Positions 1 through 9,869 of a stretch of 64,000 bases of DNA are shown one piece after another. Position numbers and translations under genes: made by a program. How positions within the stretch are numbered: the stretch's first letter is position 1; each line of letters begins with the position of its first letter. The notes beneath the pieces are model-generated. The model made no database searches. It saw nothing but the letters and a program-made list of their open reading frames with translations, and had not been told where the DNA came from. Location of the stretch: contig CAVZRK010000003.1 in assembly GCA_963777835.1 (NCBI GenBank), positions 43,429 to 107,428 of the forward strand, written 5' to 3'. The stretch is from an uncultured Gemmatimonadales bacterium (GTDB lineage Bacteria > Gemmatimonadota > Gemmatimonadetes > Gemmatimonadales > GWC2-71-9).

Positions 1-1482
1 CCCTCCGACGACATCGAGTCCTCCCACATCGAGAAGGAGTCCTCGACCGCGCCGGGGGTGAGCCACCGGATGTCGCTGATCTCCGCCGCGTGCTGGGTCA
101 TGTACTTGTAGTCCCAGTCGTGGCCGGGGAATCCCTCGTGGATGGCGGTGGTGGCCACCGAGCTCCGGTTGTTGAGTTTGAGCGCGCCGGGGTCGTTGCC
201 GGTCGGCGTCAGGTAGAAGCGGCCGACGCCGGTGGTCTTGAAGGGCGGGGCGGGGTAGTACGACGCGTCAGTGGTGCTGCGGAGGACTGGCGGCGTCTCC
301 GTGACGACCAGCCGATAGTCGGCGGGGATGTCGAACATCTGCTGCTGCCGGCCATACTCGACCGCGCGCGTGCCCGCCTCCCGGTACCAGGCGAAGAGCT
401 CGGTGTCGTCCTTCGGCGAGTCCTTGGCCAGGTGGTCCATGACCGCCCGCACGCTGGCCCGCTGCTCGGCGTCGGTGCCGAACGCGAGTCCGAGACTGGC
501 CTGCGTGGACACCTCCTGGGCCACGCGAAAGATCTTCGCTTCGTACTCCGCCACCTGCGATGCGCCGTACTCGTAGAGCTCGGCCGGCGTGCGCGAATCC
601 CGGAGGCAGTTGGTGACCCGCCAGGCGTATTCCACCTCGCCGACCGCGTAGCGGTCCGTCGCATCCTTCGCGTCGTAGGTGCTGCCGAGGAAATTCACCA
701 TCGAGGCGTACGCCGCACCGGCGGCGGCACCGGCCGTCTTGAGCTGGTCGATGGTGGCGGCGCCGAAGGGGCGGTCGCCGATGTACTGCGCCGCCAGCCC
801 CGGCAGCGTCGTCGTGAAATACTCGACGTTGGCCTTGGCGCCCGCGATGCCATCGCGCGCGACCAGGCGCCGGTCGGGAATGTTGCCGGCGGCCTTGCCC
901 GCCAGGAGGTTCGCCTTGGCTGTCTCCACGTAGGCCGGAACCGCACCCGCCCGGGCGACGACGAGCGCCCACTCCGCCTCGGTGCCGAGGAGGCCGTTGC
1001 CGGCGTCGGTCATGCCCTGGATCTGCCAGTCGATGCCCCGGAACGGCTCGGCCACATAGGTGTCCACGCATCGTTCGTGGTACCTGAGTTCGGCCAGCTG
1101 GTGCACCATGTACCCGGCCTGGGCCGTGCACGACGGCGTGGTCGATCCTGGCCTGCGGGGAGAGCGTCCCCACGGGCATCGCCGCGAGCGCCGTCAGCAC
1201 GGACTGGAGAAAGGCCACCTCACCGCCCAGCGCCGCCGGGCTGAAGTCGCGGAGCTTCCCGTTGACGGCGGCCAGCGTGGGCGAATAGCCGTCGCCGCCG
1301 AGGTAGGTGGAGGTGACCGGATTGAGCTCGAGCGTCGTGAGGAAGTACCGCTCGCGCAGCGCGACGAACTCGGCGTCCTCGGCCGGCAAGGGGGCGTCGG
1401 GGCGGCAGGCGGAGAGGGCGCGCAGGGCGCCGAGGGCGGCGAGGCCGCCGGCGGTGCGATGGACGAACGAACGGCGATCCAT
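1..1482 (-). CDS. DUF885 family Tat/lipoprotein; runs off the window start; frameshift near 1128
   Basis: N-terminus MDRRSFVHRTAGG..LSAC is a twin-arginine-like signal plus lipobox. NPVTSTYLGGDGY..LRDFS follows, and the gene continues in another frame (YHERCVDTYVAEPFRGIDWQ..). Family recognised by eye. Confidence 0.75.
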
Positions 1483-1577
1483 GTCGGCTCCGGGTGAGTG
1501 CGGGGGATGTTGCAACATATCGGTGGCCTGGCCCTTCCCCAAGCCGGGGCGGCTGACTAGCTTTGGGCCTCGATTCA

Positions 1578-1651
1578 CGGGACGTAGCGCAGTCTGGTAG
1601 CGCACTGCAATGGGGTTGCAGGGGTCGCGGGTTCAAATCCCGCCGTCCCGA
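1578..1651 (+). tRNA. tRNA-Pro(GGG), CCA not encoded
   Basis: Cloverleaf with CGGGACG/CGTCCCG acceptor stem, GCGC D-stem, CTGCA-ATGGGGT-TGCAG anticodon arm and GGTTCAAATCC T-arm. Confidence 0.97.
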
Positions 1652-1655
1652 TCTT

Positions 1656-1683
1656 CAACGGCCGGCCCTCGGGCCGGCCGTTG
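1656..1683 (+). terminator. GC-rich hairpin downstream of the tRNA
   Basis: CAACGGCCGGCCC-TC-GGGCCGGCCGTTG perfect inverted repeat. Confidence 0.6.
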
Positions 1684-1714
1684 CGTTTCCACCCTTCTCG
1701 ATCGACACTCCCGG

Positions 1715-2578
1715 ATGCCACGAGTCGCCCTCGCCACCTGTGCCGCGCTGCCGGACCTCGACGCGGAAGACGCCCCCCTGGTGCCCGCCCTCCGACAGGC
1801 CGGCATCGACGGGGTGCCCCTCGTCTGGAACGACTCGCGCATCGACTGGGCCTCCTACGACCTCGTCGTGGTGCGCACCACCTGGGACTATCCCAACAAG
1901 ATCGCCGCGTTCCTCGCCTGGGCGGATCGGATCGCGGCGATGCGCACCCTCTGGAACCCCGCCGCGATGCTCCGGTGGAACACGGACAAGCACTACCTGC
2001 GCGAGCTCGCGGGGCGTGGCGTGCCGATCGTGCCCACCCGGTGGCTCCCACGTGGCTCGACGCACGACCTCGGCGCCATCCTGGCCGAGGAACGGTGGGG
2101 GGAGGCGGTCCTCAAGCCCGTCGTGTCGGCGGGCGCGCGCCGGACCCGCATGGTGGGGCCGGGCACGCTCGCGGACGGCCAGCGCTTCCTCGCGGAGCAG
2201 CTGACGCAGCGCGCCATGATGGTGCAGCCCTACGTGCCGGAGGTGTCCACGGTGGGCGAGCTGTCGCTCCTGTACTTCAACGGTCGGTTCAGCCACGCCG
2301 TCCGGAAGATCCCGGCTGCGGGCGACTTCCGCGTGCAGACGGAGCACGGCGGACGCGTTGTCTCGGTGGCGCCGAGCGCCGCGGAGCTGGCGGCCGGCCA
2401 GCGGGTCCTGGAGGCACTGGGGAGCGAGACGCTGTACGCGCGGGTGGACCTGCTGCCGACGGAGGACGGGGCCTTGCGGCTGCTCGAGCTCGAGGTGACG
2501 GAGCCGTCGATGTTCCTGCGGTGGGACGACGCGGCGCCCGGACGGTTCGCGGCGGCGATAGCGGAGCGGCTCGCATGA
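1715..2578 (+). CDS. RimK/glutathione synthetase-like ATP-grasp protein
   Basis: Motifs VVRTTWDY, WNTDKHYL, VLKPVVSAGA, DFRVQ, YARVDL and LLELEVTEPS. Confidence 0.85.
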   Translation: MPRVALATCAALPDLDAEDAPLVPALRQAGIDGVPLVWNDSRIDWASYDLVVVRTTWDYPNKIAAFLAWADRIAAMRTLWNPAAMLRWNTDKHYLRELAGRGVPIVPTRWLPRGSTHDLGAILAEERWGEAVLKPVVSAGARRTRMVGPGTLADGQRFLAEQLTQRAMMVQPYVPEVSTVGELSLLYFNGRFSHAVRKIPAAGDFRVQTEHGGRVVSVAPSAAELAAGQRVLEALGSETLYARVDLLPTEDGALRLLELEVTEPSMFLRWDDAAPGRFAAAIAERLA

Positions 2579-3105
2579 GCTTCTCAAACCTGGCCGGCGA
2601 GGGACCCGACGCCACCGCATCGTACGTGGCGAACCTCCTCGCCCTGCTGGGCGACCAGGACCCGCTGCCGGTGCTGGGGGGAACGCCGGCGTGGTTGGCC
2701 GCGGCCATCGCGGAGGCCTCGGCCGCTCGACTGCAGAGGCCGGAGGCTCCGGGCCGGTGGTCGGTGGCGGGGGTGCTCCAGCACCTGGCCGACAGCGAGG
2801 GCGTGAACGGGCACCGAATTCGGCTGATGCTGGTGGAGGAGCGGCCCCCGATTGCCGCGTATGATCAGGACGCCTGGGCCCGGGCGTTCGCCTACGACTC
2901 GGCAGACGCGGGTGCCGCGCTCCGGGATTTTACGGCCATCCGGGCGGCCAACCTGCGGCTCTGGCACTCACTCGACGCGATCGCGTTGGCCAGGGACGGC
3001 GTCCATGCGGAGCGTGGCATCGAGACGGTGGGACATCTGTTGCGGCTGCTGGCGGCGCACGACCTGGTGCACCGCGGGCAGATCGAGCGGATTCTGGGTC
3101 AGTGA
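2575..3105 (+). CDS. DinB family protein
   Basis: Motifs PGRWSV..VLQHLADSE, YDQDAW and AAHDLVHRGQI; ATGA overlap with the upstream stop. Confidence 0.85.
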   Translation: MSFSNLAGEGPDATASYVANLLALLGDQDPLPVLGGTPAWLAAAIAEASAARLQRPEAPGRWSVAGVLQHLADSEGVNGHRIRLMLVEERPPIAAYDQDAWARAFAYDSADAGAALRDFTAIRAANLRLWHSLDAIALARDGVHAERGIETVGHLLRLLAAHDLVHRGQIERILGQ

Positions 3106-5801
3106 ATGGACAGCCAGTACGTCGCCTTGAGGACGAGGAGGTTGTCGCCGGGGACGCCGCGCGACGCCACCAGGTCGCCGGGCTCGAGCCCGCCGCCCGG
3201 CGTCCGGTCGGACTGGTAGCAGATGCCGGTGTCGTAACCCGCCGAGCAGTCCGACTCGCGGTTCTGCTGCCAGATGAAGAACAGCGCGCTGCCCGGCCGC
3301 CATTCCCACCGCAGCACCACGTTGCTCCGGTACGAGAGGACGTTGAAGTTATTGTTCGGCAGCGTGAAGGTCTGCCCGTTGTTTCCGTCGGTCACCACGT
3401 AGTTGCCGCTCGGATCCTGCGCGATCGTCGTGTTGTCCGTGCCGTACGCCCGCAGGGTCGTCGTCTCCGCCGCCGCCAGTTCCCCGTACTGTGAAAAGTT
3501 GCCGCTCGACGCGAACGGCTCGGCATAGGCCTCGAGCGTCAGGCCGGGCGTAAACGAGTAGTTCAGCCGGAGCTGCATCGAGAGCGTGGTCTGCTTGACC
3601 CAGGAGAAGACGTACCGCTCGTCGTAGGTGGCGGGTGTCCCACCGGGGTACACGCCGATGTATTGCCGGGCGTTGTTGGATTCACGCCAGGACGGCGCCA
3701 CGGTGAACTGCCACCGACTGCCGGGGCGGGCGCGGAAGTTCAGGCGGACGGAGTTGGCGCTGGCCCCGAGGTCGTTCCACGACGCGCTGTAGAAGAAGCC
3801 CACCTGGATGTTCTTGGCCTCATTGGTGAACACCTGGGCGTCGATCCCGCCGCCGGGCACCGTCGCCATGAGGGGGCCGCCGCGCGTGAGGTCGTCGCTC
3901 ATGGCCGCGGGGCGGTAGAAGATCCCCACGTAGCTGTTCCACCAGTTCTTCCAGGTCTGGTTCGTGTTGATCCGGAACACCGAGTAGGTCCGGGTCCCCC
4001 CGAAGTTCCAACCGTTCGCGGTGGCAAGCCCCAGCCGATAGTTGCGGAAGACCTTACCGGGCTGGGTCTCCCGGTAATTCATGAAGAACTCGCTGTCGAT
4101 GTCGTCCGCGCTCGAGAGGCGCCCGAGGTCGTTGAGCTCGAAGCCGGGGGACTCTGCGCCCAGGAACAGGCCGCCCGTCCAGTGCTTCCCGCCCGCCTTC
4201 TCGGCGTTCAGCCCCAGCGAGTACCCGGACAGCGAGGTGCGCGTGGTGTCGAGAACGGCATAGTCCTGGTCCGGCCGCTGGTAGTAGTGCGCGGAGGACA
4301 TCTGGACGGCCGTCACCGCCGTGTCCGACCCGTGGATGTAGCTGAACCCGGCGTGTCCACCGACCAGGAATTGCCCGTTGTTCATTCGAAGCAGCCAGTC
4401 CGCCCCACCCGAAACGGCCTGGCTGGTCATCTGTTGCTTCAGCGGCTCGGCGTCGGAGAAGTTCCGCGACAGGCCGGTCAGCGTGACGCCGACCGTCGAC
4501 GCCGACGCCCCGAATTCCTGCTGGACGCGCCCGACGAGGTACGCCGTCGACGGCTCCACCGCGACCTTGTCGAAGGAGTTCGTGGTCATGTCGTACAGGT
4601 TCGCGTACTCGCGCTGGGTCACCGCCGCGAGTGCGCCGATGGACATGCCCGAGGAGGTCCGGCCGGTGAGCTTGGCGGCTCCCAGGATGGTGGCGTATCG
4701 CGGCGACTCGAGGAAGTCGGCGGAATCGGCCACCTCCCCGGTGGCGTAGCCCTGCGGCGTGGCGCCGATCCGCCGGGAGTAGTAGTACCCCGGCCCGGTC
4801 CCCTGCAGCAGCTGGTTCCCCTCGATGAAGAACGGCCGCTGCTCAGGGAAGAAGGTCTCGAACGCGGTCAGGTTCACCTCCGCGGGGTCGGCCTCCACCT
4901 GCCCGAAGTCGGGGTTGATGGTGCCGTCCAGCGTGAGGTTGGAGCCGAGGCCCACCTTGAAGTCCGCCCCGACCCGGCCCTCCCACTCGCTCCCGTCGTC
5001 GAAGGGGTCGCCGGCCGTTTGCGTGCCGGTCATGCTTGCCGTGCCGGCGACGTAGGGGATGAACTCGGCGCGTCGGCTCGGCACGATGTTGTCCATCCCC
5101 TCGAGCGTACCGAAGTGCGAGAAGAACCCCGACTGCGAGCGGGGGATCATGACCCAGTAGATGTCCTCGTTGAACCCGGGGCGCCAGCGGTTGATGTTCA
5201 TGCCCCACTGCTGCAGTTCCTGGGTGTTGAAGCGGAGCTGGGAGAACGGGATCCGCATCTCGACGTACCAGCCGGCGCTGTCAAAAGTGATGTGCGATTC
5301 CCAGACCGGGTTGAACGCCGGGTCCCGGTTGTCCTCCTCGTCCTGGGGGTGGTAGGAATCGCCCTGCACGCCGCCGGAACTCACGCTGAAGCTGTAACCG
5401 GTCCGCTTGTCGTGATACGGGTCGAGGGCCACGATGAAATATTCGGCGTTGCTGAACTGGTCCCGGCGCGTCACCGGCCGCGGGATCTCGTGGACCCGCG
5501 AACTCCACAGCCGGGCCGCCACATACAGCGCCCCCTCGTCGTAGGCGAAGGCCACCTCCGTCTTGTCGGTCGGGATCCCGCCCTCGACGGGCTGTTTCTG
5601 GGTGAAATCGGAGAACCAGAGCGCGGTCAGCCAGACAGGGTCGTCCAGCTTCCCGTCGATGTGCGGCGACTGACCGGTGACCGGGACCGCCCGGGCGACC
5701 TTCCCAACCCCAGGGTCGGGTGCCTGTGCGGCCACGGGGGCCGAGGCCAGGAGGGCGGCGAGCAACGCGATTGGTGTGCGACGGCGGGCCGGTCGGGGCA
5801 T
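3099..5801 (-). CDS. Exported CBM9-like/DUF5916 domain protein
   Basis: Signal peptide, IDGKLDDPVW, GWYVEMRIPFSQLRF, TINPDFGQVEADPAEVNLT..ETFFPEQRPFF, and C-terminal VLKATYWL. Confidence 0.85.
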   Translation of the reverse strand: MPRPARRRTPIALLAALLASAPVAAQAPDPGVGKVARAVPVTGQSPHIDGKLDDPVWLTALWFSDFTQKQPVEGGIPTDKTEVAFAYDEGALYVAARLWSSRVHEIPRPVTRRDQFSNAEYFIVALDPYHDKRTGYSFSVSSGGVQGDSYHPQDEEDNRDPAFNPVWESHITFDSAGWYVEMRIPFSQLRFNTQELQQWGMNINRWRPGFNEDIYWVMIPRSQSGFFSHFGTLEGMDNIVPSRRAEFIPYVAGTASMTGTQTAGDPFDDGSEWEGRVGADFKVGLGSNLTLDGTINPDFGQVEADPAEVNLTAFETFFPEQRPFFIEGNQLLQGTGPGYYYSRRIGATPQGYATGEVADSADFLESPRYATILGAAKLTGRTSSGMSIGALAAVTQREYANLYDMTTNSFDKVAVEPSTAYLVGRVQQEFGASASTVGVTLTGLSRNFSDAEPLKQQMTSQAVSGGADWLLRMNNGQFLVGGHAGFSYIHGSDTAVTAVQMSSAHYYQRPDQDYAVLDTTRTSLSGYSLGLNAEKAGGKHWTGGLFLGAESPGFELNDLGRLSSADDIDSEFFMNYRETQPGKVFRNYRLGLATANGWNFGGTRTYSVFRINTNQTWKNWWNSYVGIFYRPAAMSDDLTRGGPLMATVPGGGIDAQVFTNEAKNIQVGFFYSASWNDLGASANSVRLNFRARPGSRWQFTVAPSWRESNNARQYIGVYPGGTPATYDERYVFSWVKQTTLSMQLRLNYSFTPGLTLEAYAEPFASSGNFSQYGELAAAETTTLRAYGTDNTTIAQDPSGNYVVTDGNNGQTFTLPNNNFNVLSYRSNVVLRWEWRPGSALFFIWQQNRESDCSAGYDTGICYQSDRTPGGGLEPGDLVASRGVPGDNLLVLKATYWLSIH

Positions 5802-5825
5802 CGTGGCTCGTTCAGGGCGTGAAGC

Positions 5826-5853
5826 GGGCCGCCGCGCTTTCGCGCGGCGGCCC
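5826..5853. terminator. Intergenic hairpin
   Basis: GGGCCGCCGCGC-TTTC-GCGCGGCGGCCC. Confidence 0.45.
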
Positions 5854-5880
5854 CGCGTTGCCTGCGACTCTCCAGTGACC

Positions 5881-5908
5881 GGACGGGTGCGCCCGCCCGG
5901 CGGTTTCA
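5881..5908 (-). promoter_or_regulatory. Putative ECF sigma promoter for the DUF5916 gene
   Basis: Minus strand reads TGAAACC-N16-CGTCC. Confidence 0.5.
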
Positions 5909-5912
5909 GCGG

Positions 5913-6701
5913 TCAGTCGGCCTTGGCGAGCGTGATGCTGCCGTTGACCGTCTCCAGGTCGAGGGTTCGCCCGCCGGCGCCGATCGTCCCATGGATGTTC
6001 CGGGGCCCGAACTTGCCCTGGACGGTCAGCGGGAACTCCGATTCGATGCTGCCGTTGACGGTCTTGCCGTTGACGACCGCGCTGAAATTGGCCGGCAGGC
6101 TCGCCCGGATGCTGCCGTTGACGGTGCTCAGCTCCACCGCGCCGGTCCAGTCGGCCTTGCCCATGGACACGTCCACCGAGCCGTTCACGGTGCTGGCGCG
6201 GACGACGCCGGCCGCCACTACCCGCACGTCGCCGTTGACCGTGGACACGTCGGCGTCGCTCCCCAGCCGCTCGGTGCTCACCGAGCCGTTGACCGTCCGG
6301 CCCACGAACTTCACGCCCGCCGGGACCTGCACGGTGAAGCTGACGCTGACGTCGTTGTCGTTGGTGGACATGTGACCGTCGTCCCCGGCGCCGCAGCTGT
6401 TGGCCCGCTTGCCGCTGCTCGGGTACACCGCGCAGATGGTCACGCCGGCGCCGCTGTTCACGACCTCGATCTTGACCGACGCGGGGTCCGACTTCCGCCC
6501 CTTCTTGACGGCGGTCACCACGACCTCCGACCCGGAGCCGGCGGTGGCCCTGACGTCGCCGTTGACGCCCTTGATTTCGATGCTCTTGCCGGCCGCCACC
6601 GTGCCCTTCCAGTCCCAGGTGGCGTCCTGCGCGCTGGCCGTGGCCGTGGCCGCGCCGGTGCAGGCGAGCACGGCGAGCCCTGCTGTGATGTACCCATGCA
6701 T
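5913..6701 (-). CDS. DUF4097 beta-strand repeat exported protein
   Basis: Signal peptide and repeated TVNGS/TVNGD units. Confidence 0.85.
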   Translation of the reverse strand: MHGYITAGLAVLACTGAATATASAQDATWDWKGTVAAGKSIEIKGVNGDVRATAGSGSEVVVTAVKKGRKSDPASVKIEVVNSGAGVTICAVYPSSGKRANSCGAGDDGHMSTNDNDVSVSFTVQVPAGVKFVGRTVNGSVSTERLGSDADVSTVNGDVRVVAAGVVRASTVNGSVDVSMGKADWTGAVELSTVNGSIRASLPANFSAVVNGKTVNGSIESEFPLTVQGKFGPRNIHGTIGAGGRTLDLETVNGSITLAKAD

Positions 6702-6732
6702 GAGGTGGTGCCTCCGTAGATGAATGCGGTGG

Positions 6733-7572
6733 TTACTTCTCGAGACGGATGAGCCCGTCGAACGCTTCCAGCTCGATTCGGGCGCTGCCGGTGCCCACGG
6801 TAAAGGAGAACCGCTTGCCCTCCTGGCTGCCGCTGATGGTGACCGGCGTGGCGGACTCGAACTCCCCGCTCCAGGTGGAGACCGTCACCGTGGCGTTCAG
6901 CGCCCCGACCGGCCGGATCGAGATGTTCCCGTCGTGGGTCTTGAAGGCGTAGCTGCCGTTCGGCGCGATGGCCCCGTTGAAGCGGATGTCGCCGTCCACG
7001 GAGGAGACCCGCACCGAGGAGGAGGTGATCCCGTCGAGGAGGGCGTCGCCGTCCACCGCCTGGATGCTGAGCGCGCCGGCCAGGTTCCGGACGGTCACGT
7101 CGCCGTCCACCGCCTGGATGTCCAGGTTCCCGCGCACGCCGTCGGCGCTGACGTCGCCGTCCACGGAGCTCAGGGAGACGTTGTCCGTCCCCCCGTTGAC
7201 CGTCACGTTCCCCTCCACCGACTGCGCCCGGACCGGGGCGGCCGTGCCCGACACGACGATCTCGGTCTCGACGCCCTGGAGGCTGAGCGCCATCCACGCC
7301 GGGGCGCTGATGGTGAGGTCGATCTCGGTTGGGCCATACCGCATCCGCTGCGACACCAGCAGCTCGTTGCCGGAGCGCTCGACACGGATGTCGGCGTCGT
7401 CGTCCGACGAGACGGAGCGGATCTGCACCTCGTCCCGGTTCCAGGCGGTGACGGTGATCCGGCCGGCGTGGTTGTTGACCGAGAGGCGCGTGCCCTTGGA
7501 GACGGCCACGGTGGTGTCGCCGGCCGGCGAGGCCAGGAGCGTGGCGAGGAGGGCGGTCGCTGTGAGCAGCAT
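6733..7572 (-). CDS. DUF4097 beta-strand repeat exported protein
   Basis: Signal peptide and repeated [SA]VDGD units. Confidence 0.85.
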   Translation of the reverse strand: MLLTATALLATLLASPAGDTTVAVSKGTRLSVNNHAGRITVTAWNRDEVQIRSVSSDDDADIRVERSGNELLVSQRMRYGPTEIDLTISAPAWMALSLQGVETEIVVSGTAAPVRAQSVEGNVTVNGGTDNVSLSSVDGDVSADGVRGNLDIQAVDGDVTVRNLAGALSIQAVDGDALLDGITSSSVRVSSVDGDIRFNGAIAPNGSYAFKTHDGNISIRPVGALNATVTVSTWSGEFESATPVTISGSQEGKRFSFTVGTGSARIELEAFDGLIRLEK

Positions 7573-7583
7573 GGGACTTCCTT

Positions 7584-8264
7584 TCAGCTCGCCGCGCTGG
7601 CGAGGGCGTTGGCCTGCTGGAGGAGCAGCAGCTTCTGCTGCATCGTGTTGGCCAGGTGGGCGTTCAGGTATGCGTTGGCCGGGTCGGCTTCCAGCGCCGC
7701 GCGCGCTTCCTCGATCGCCAGGTCAATCCGGGCGATATTGCGCTCCAGGATGGTCACGGTCTTGGGCGACAGACGGCTCCGGCCGGCGGCCAGGGCCTGC
7801 TCGAGTTCGCGCACGGCGGTGTCGAAGCTCTGCTCGGCCTTTCCAGGGAGGCCGGCCGGGATGGCCCGGACGCCTGGTGCGGCCGTCACGGCCCCGGCCG
7901 GCGGAGCCGGCGAGGGGGGACGCGGCGTGAGCGAGGCGGCCCCCGCACCGACGGCGACCAGCAGCACCGCCGCGGCGGCCAGCTGCGGGAGACTCAGGGT
8001 GATCCGGTGCCGGGCCCGCCGCGCGGCCAGGTCCACGACCGGCGCGCCGGACGCGCCGATCCGCGTCGCGATGCCGCCCCACAGCTCGGTTCCCACCGGC
8101 CGGTCCACCAGGCCGTGCGCCCGCGCCACCACGTGCCGGAGGTCGTCCAGCGCCGCGCGGCAGGGCGCGCAGCCGGGCAGGTGCGCCTCGAGCGCCGCCC
8201 GCTCGCCGGGGGCGAGGTCGCCGTCCAGGTATTCCGAGAGCCGGTCCATCCATCGGTCGGTCAT
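7584..8264 (-). CDS. zf-HC2 transmembrane anti-sigma factor
   Basis: LSEYLDGDL..HLPGCAPC (HxxxCxxC), a TM helix, and position directly downstream of an ECF sigma. Confidence 0.85.
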   Translation of the reverse strand: MTDRWMDRLSEYLDGDLAPGERAALEAHLPGCAPCRAALDDLRHVVARAHGLVDRPVGTELWGGIATRIGASGAPVVDLAARRARHRITLSLPQLAAAAVLLVAVGAGAASLTPRPPSPAPPAGAVTAAPGVRAIPAGLPGKAEQSFDTAVRELEQALAAGRSRLSPKTVTILERNIARIDLAIEEARAALEADPANAYLNAHLANTMQQKLLLLQQANALASAAS

Positions 8265-8281
8265 GGGATCCTTCCCGTCGT

Positions 8282-8854
8282 TCAGTCGAGCCACTCGCGG
8301 AGCGCCATGCGCGCGCGATGCAGTTGAGATTTCGATGTGCCGGTCGCCAGCCCGAGCATCTCGGCGATTTCCTCGTGGCGATACCCCTCCACGTCGTGCA
8401 GCACGAAGATTTCACGGGCGCCGTCGGGGAGCCTGGCCAGCGCTCCCTCGAGGTCCATCGCCGCCTCCGGCGTGGTGTGCCGTGCGGCGGCGCCGGCCAG
8501 CAGCTGCTCGTCCTCGCTGAACCGGTTCCGCCGCCGGCCCCGGGCCTCGCGGTGGGTCAGGACCACGTTCACGGCCAGCCGGTGGAGCCAGGTGGAGAAG
8601 GTGGATTCCCCGCGGAAGGTCCCCAGCTTCTCCCAGGCCCGGACGAAGACGTCCTGCGTGACCTCGTCGGCGTCGTCGGGGCCGTGCATCCGGCGCACCA
8701 GGTTGTGGATCCGCGTCACGTGGCGCCGGTACAGCCGCTCGAAGGCATGCGCGTCCCCACTCGCCGCGAGGGTCACCTCGACGGCATCGGCTGCGTACCG
8801 CGGTTCGGAGGGGTCTCGGGTCAGGGCCGGGACTCCGGAAGCTGGGGTTGGCAT
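8282..8854 (-). CDS. ECF RNA polymerase sigma factor
   Basis: Motifs AFERLY, TQDVFVRAW, FSTWLHRLAVN and EIAEMLGLATGTSKSQLHRAR. Confidence 0.92.
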   Translation of the reverse strand: MPTPASGVPALTRDPSEPRYAADAVEVTLAASGDAHAFERLYRRHVTRIHNLVRRMHGPDDADEVTQDVFVRAWEKLGTFRGESTFSTWLHRLAVNVVLTHREARGRRRNRFSEDEQLLAGAAARHTTPEAAMDLEGALARLPDGAREIFVLHDVEGYRHEEIAEMLGLATGTSKSQLHRARMALREWLD

Positions 8855-8862
8855 GCACGGGA

Positions 8863-8892
8863 TTGGACGGCCCCGTCCGGGAAAAGGTTGCA
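8863..8892 (-). promoter_or_regulatory. Putative autoregulatory ECF promoter
   Basis: Minus strand TGCAACC-N16-CGTCCAA, 8 nt before the sigma ATG. Confidence 0.6.
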
Positions 8893-8976
8893 TCCCCGCG
8901 GGGGCGTGGCAAACCCGTACCTTGCGCTCCCGACCTCCGGGGGCCGACCTTACAGGATGATGCGGAGCCCAGGCTG

Positions 8977-9813
8977 ATGCGGCGGGACCTGCTTCCGATG
9001 ATCCAGGAGGCGTTGCGCGACCGCTACACGGTCGAGCGGGAGATGGCCCGGGGCGGGGCCGGCAGGGTGTTCTTCGCGCGCAACCTCGAGGGCACCGCGG
9101 TGGCCCTCAAGGTGCTGCACCCCGAACTGGTGGTGACCGCCACGGCCGACCGGTTTTTGCGGGAAATCAAGACCCTTTCACGGCTCGAACATCCCCACGT
9201 GGCCAAGCTCCTCGACTACGGCGAGCGCGACTGGCTGGTCTACCTCGCCATGGCCTACGTCGAGGGGCCGACGCTCAAGGAACACATCGCGCAGGTGCGC
9301 CGGGTGTCCGTCAGCGACGCCGTGCGGATCGCGCGGGATCTCCTCGACGCCCTGGCCTACGCCCACGAGCACAACATCGTGCACCGGGACGTGAAGCCGG
9401 ACAACATCGTGCTGTCCGCCAACGGGGCGATGCTGCTCGACTTCGGCATCGCGCGCGTCATCGAAGGGTCGGGCGACGAGAAGCTCACCCGCTCGGGCTT
9501 CACCGTGGGCACCTCCTCCTACATGAGTCCCGAGCAGGTCATCGCCGTCCGGGACCTCGACCACCGGAGCGACCTCTACTCGCTGGGGTGCGTGCTCTTC
9601 GAGGCGCTCGCCGGCCGGCCCCCGTTCGTCCACCGGAGCGAGGCGGTCGTGCTTCAACTGCAGCAGACCGCCGAGGCGCCCCTCCTCGCCGAGCTCCGGC
9701 CGGAATTGCCGCCCGAACTCGCCGGCGCGGTCCAGCGCGCCCTGGCCAAGGATCGCGAGCAGCGCTGGTCGAGCGCGCTCGAGATGCGCGCCCAGCTCGA
9801 TCGGCTGGCCTGA
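8977..9813 (+). CDS. Ser/Thr protein kinase (kinase domain only)
   Basis: Motifs VALKVL, HRDVKPDN, LLDFG, GTSSYMSPEQ and SDLYSLG. Confidence 0.92.
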   Translation: MRRDLLPMIQEALRDRYTVEREMARGGAGRVFFARNLEGTAVALKVLHPELVVTATADRFLREIKTLSRLEHPHVAKLLDYGERDWLVYLAMAYVEGPTLKEHIAQVRRVSVSDAVRIARDLLDALAYAHEHNIVHRDVKPDNIVLSANGAMLLDFGIARVIEGSGDEKLTRSGFTVGTSSYMSPEQVIAVRDLDHRSDLYSLGCVLFEALAGRPPFVHRSEAVVLQLQQTAEAPLLAELRPELPPELAGAVQRALAKDREQRWSSALEMRAQLDRLA

Positions 9814-9869
9814 GCGCCGGCCACGCCACCCACGCCGCTCCACTCACCACCCTACCACGGATCCGCCCG

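Noticed and set aside
1578-1683. tRNA-Pro as an integration site for an island or prophage
   Set aside because: No integrase is present, and I saw no duplicated tRNA 3' end in the window.
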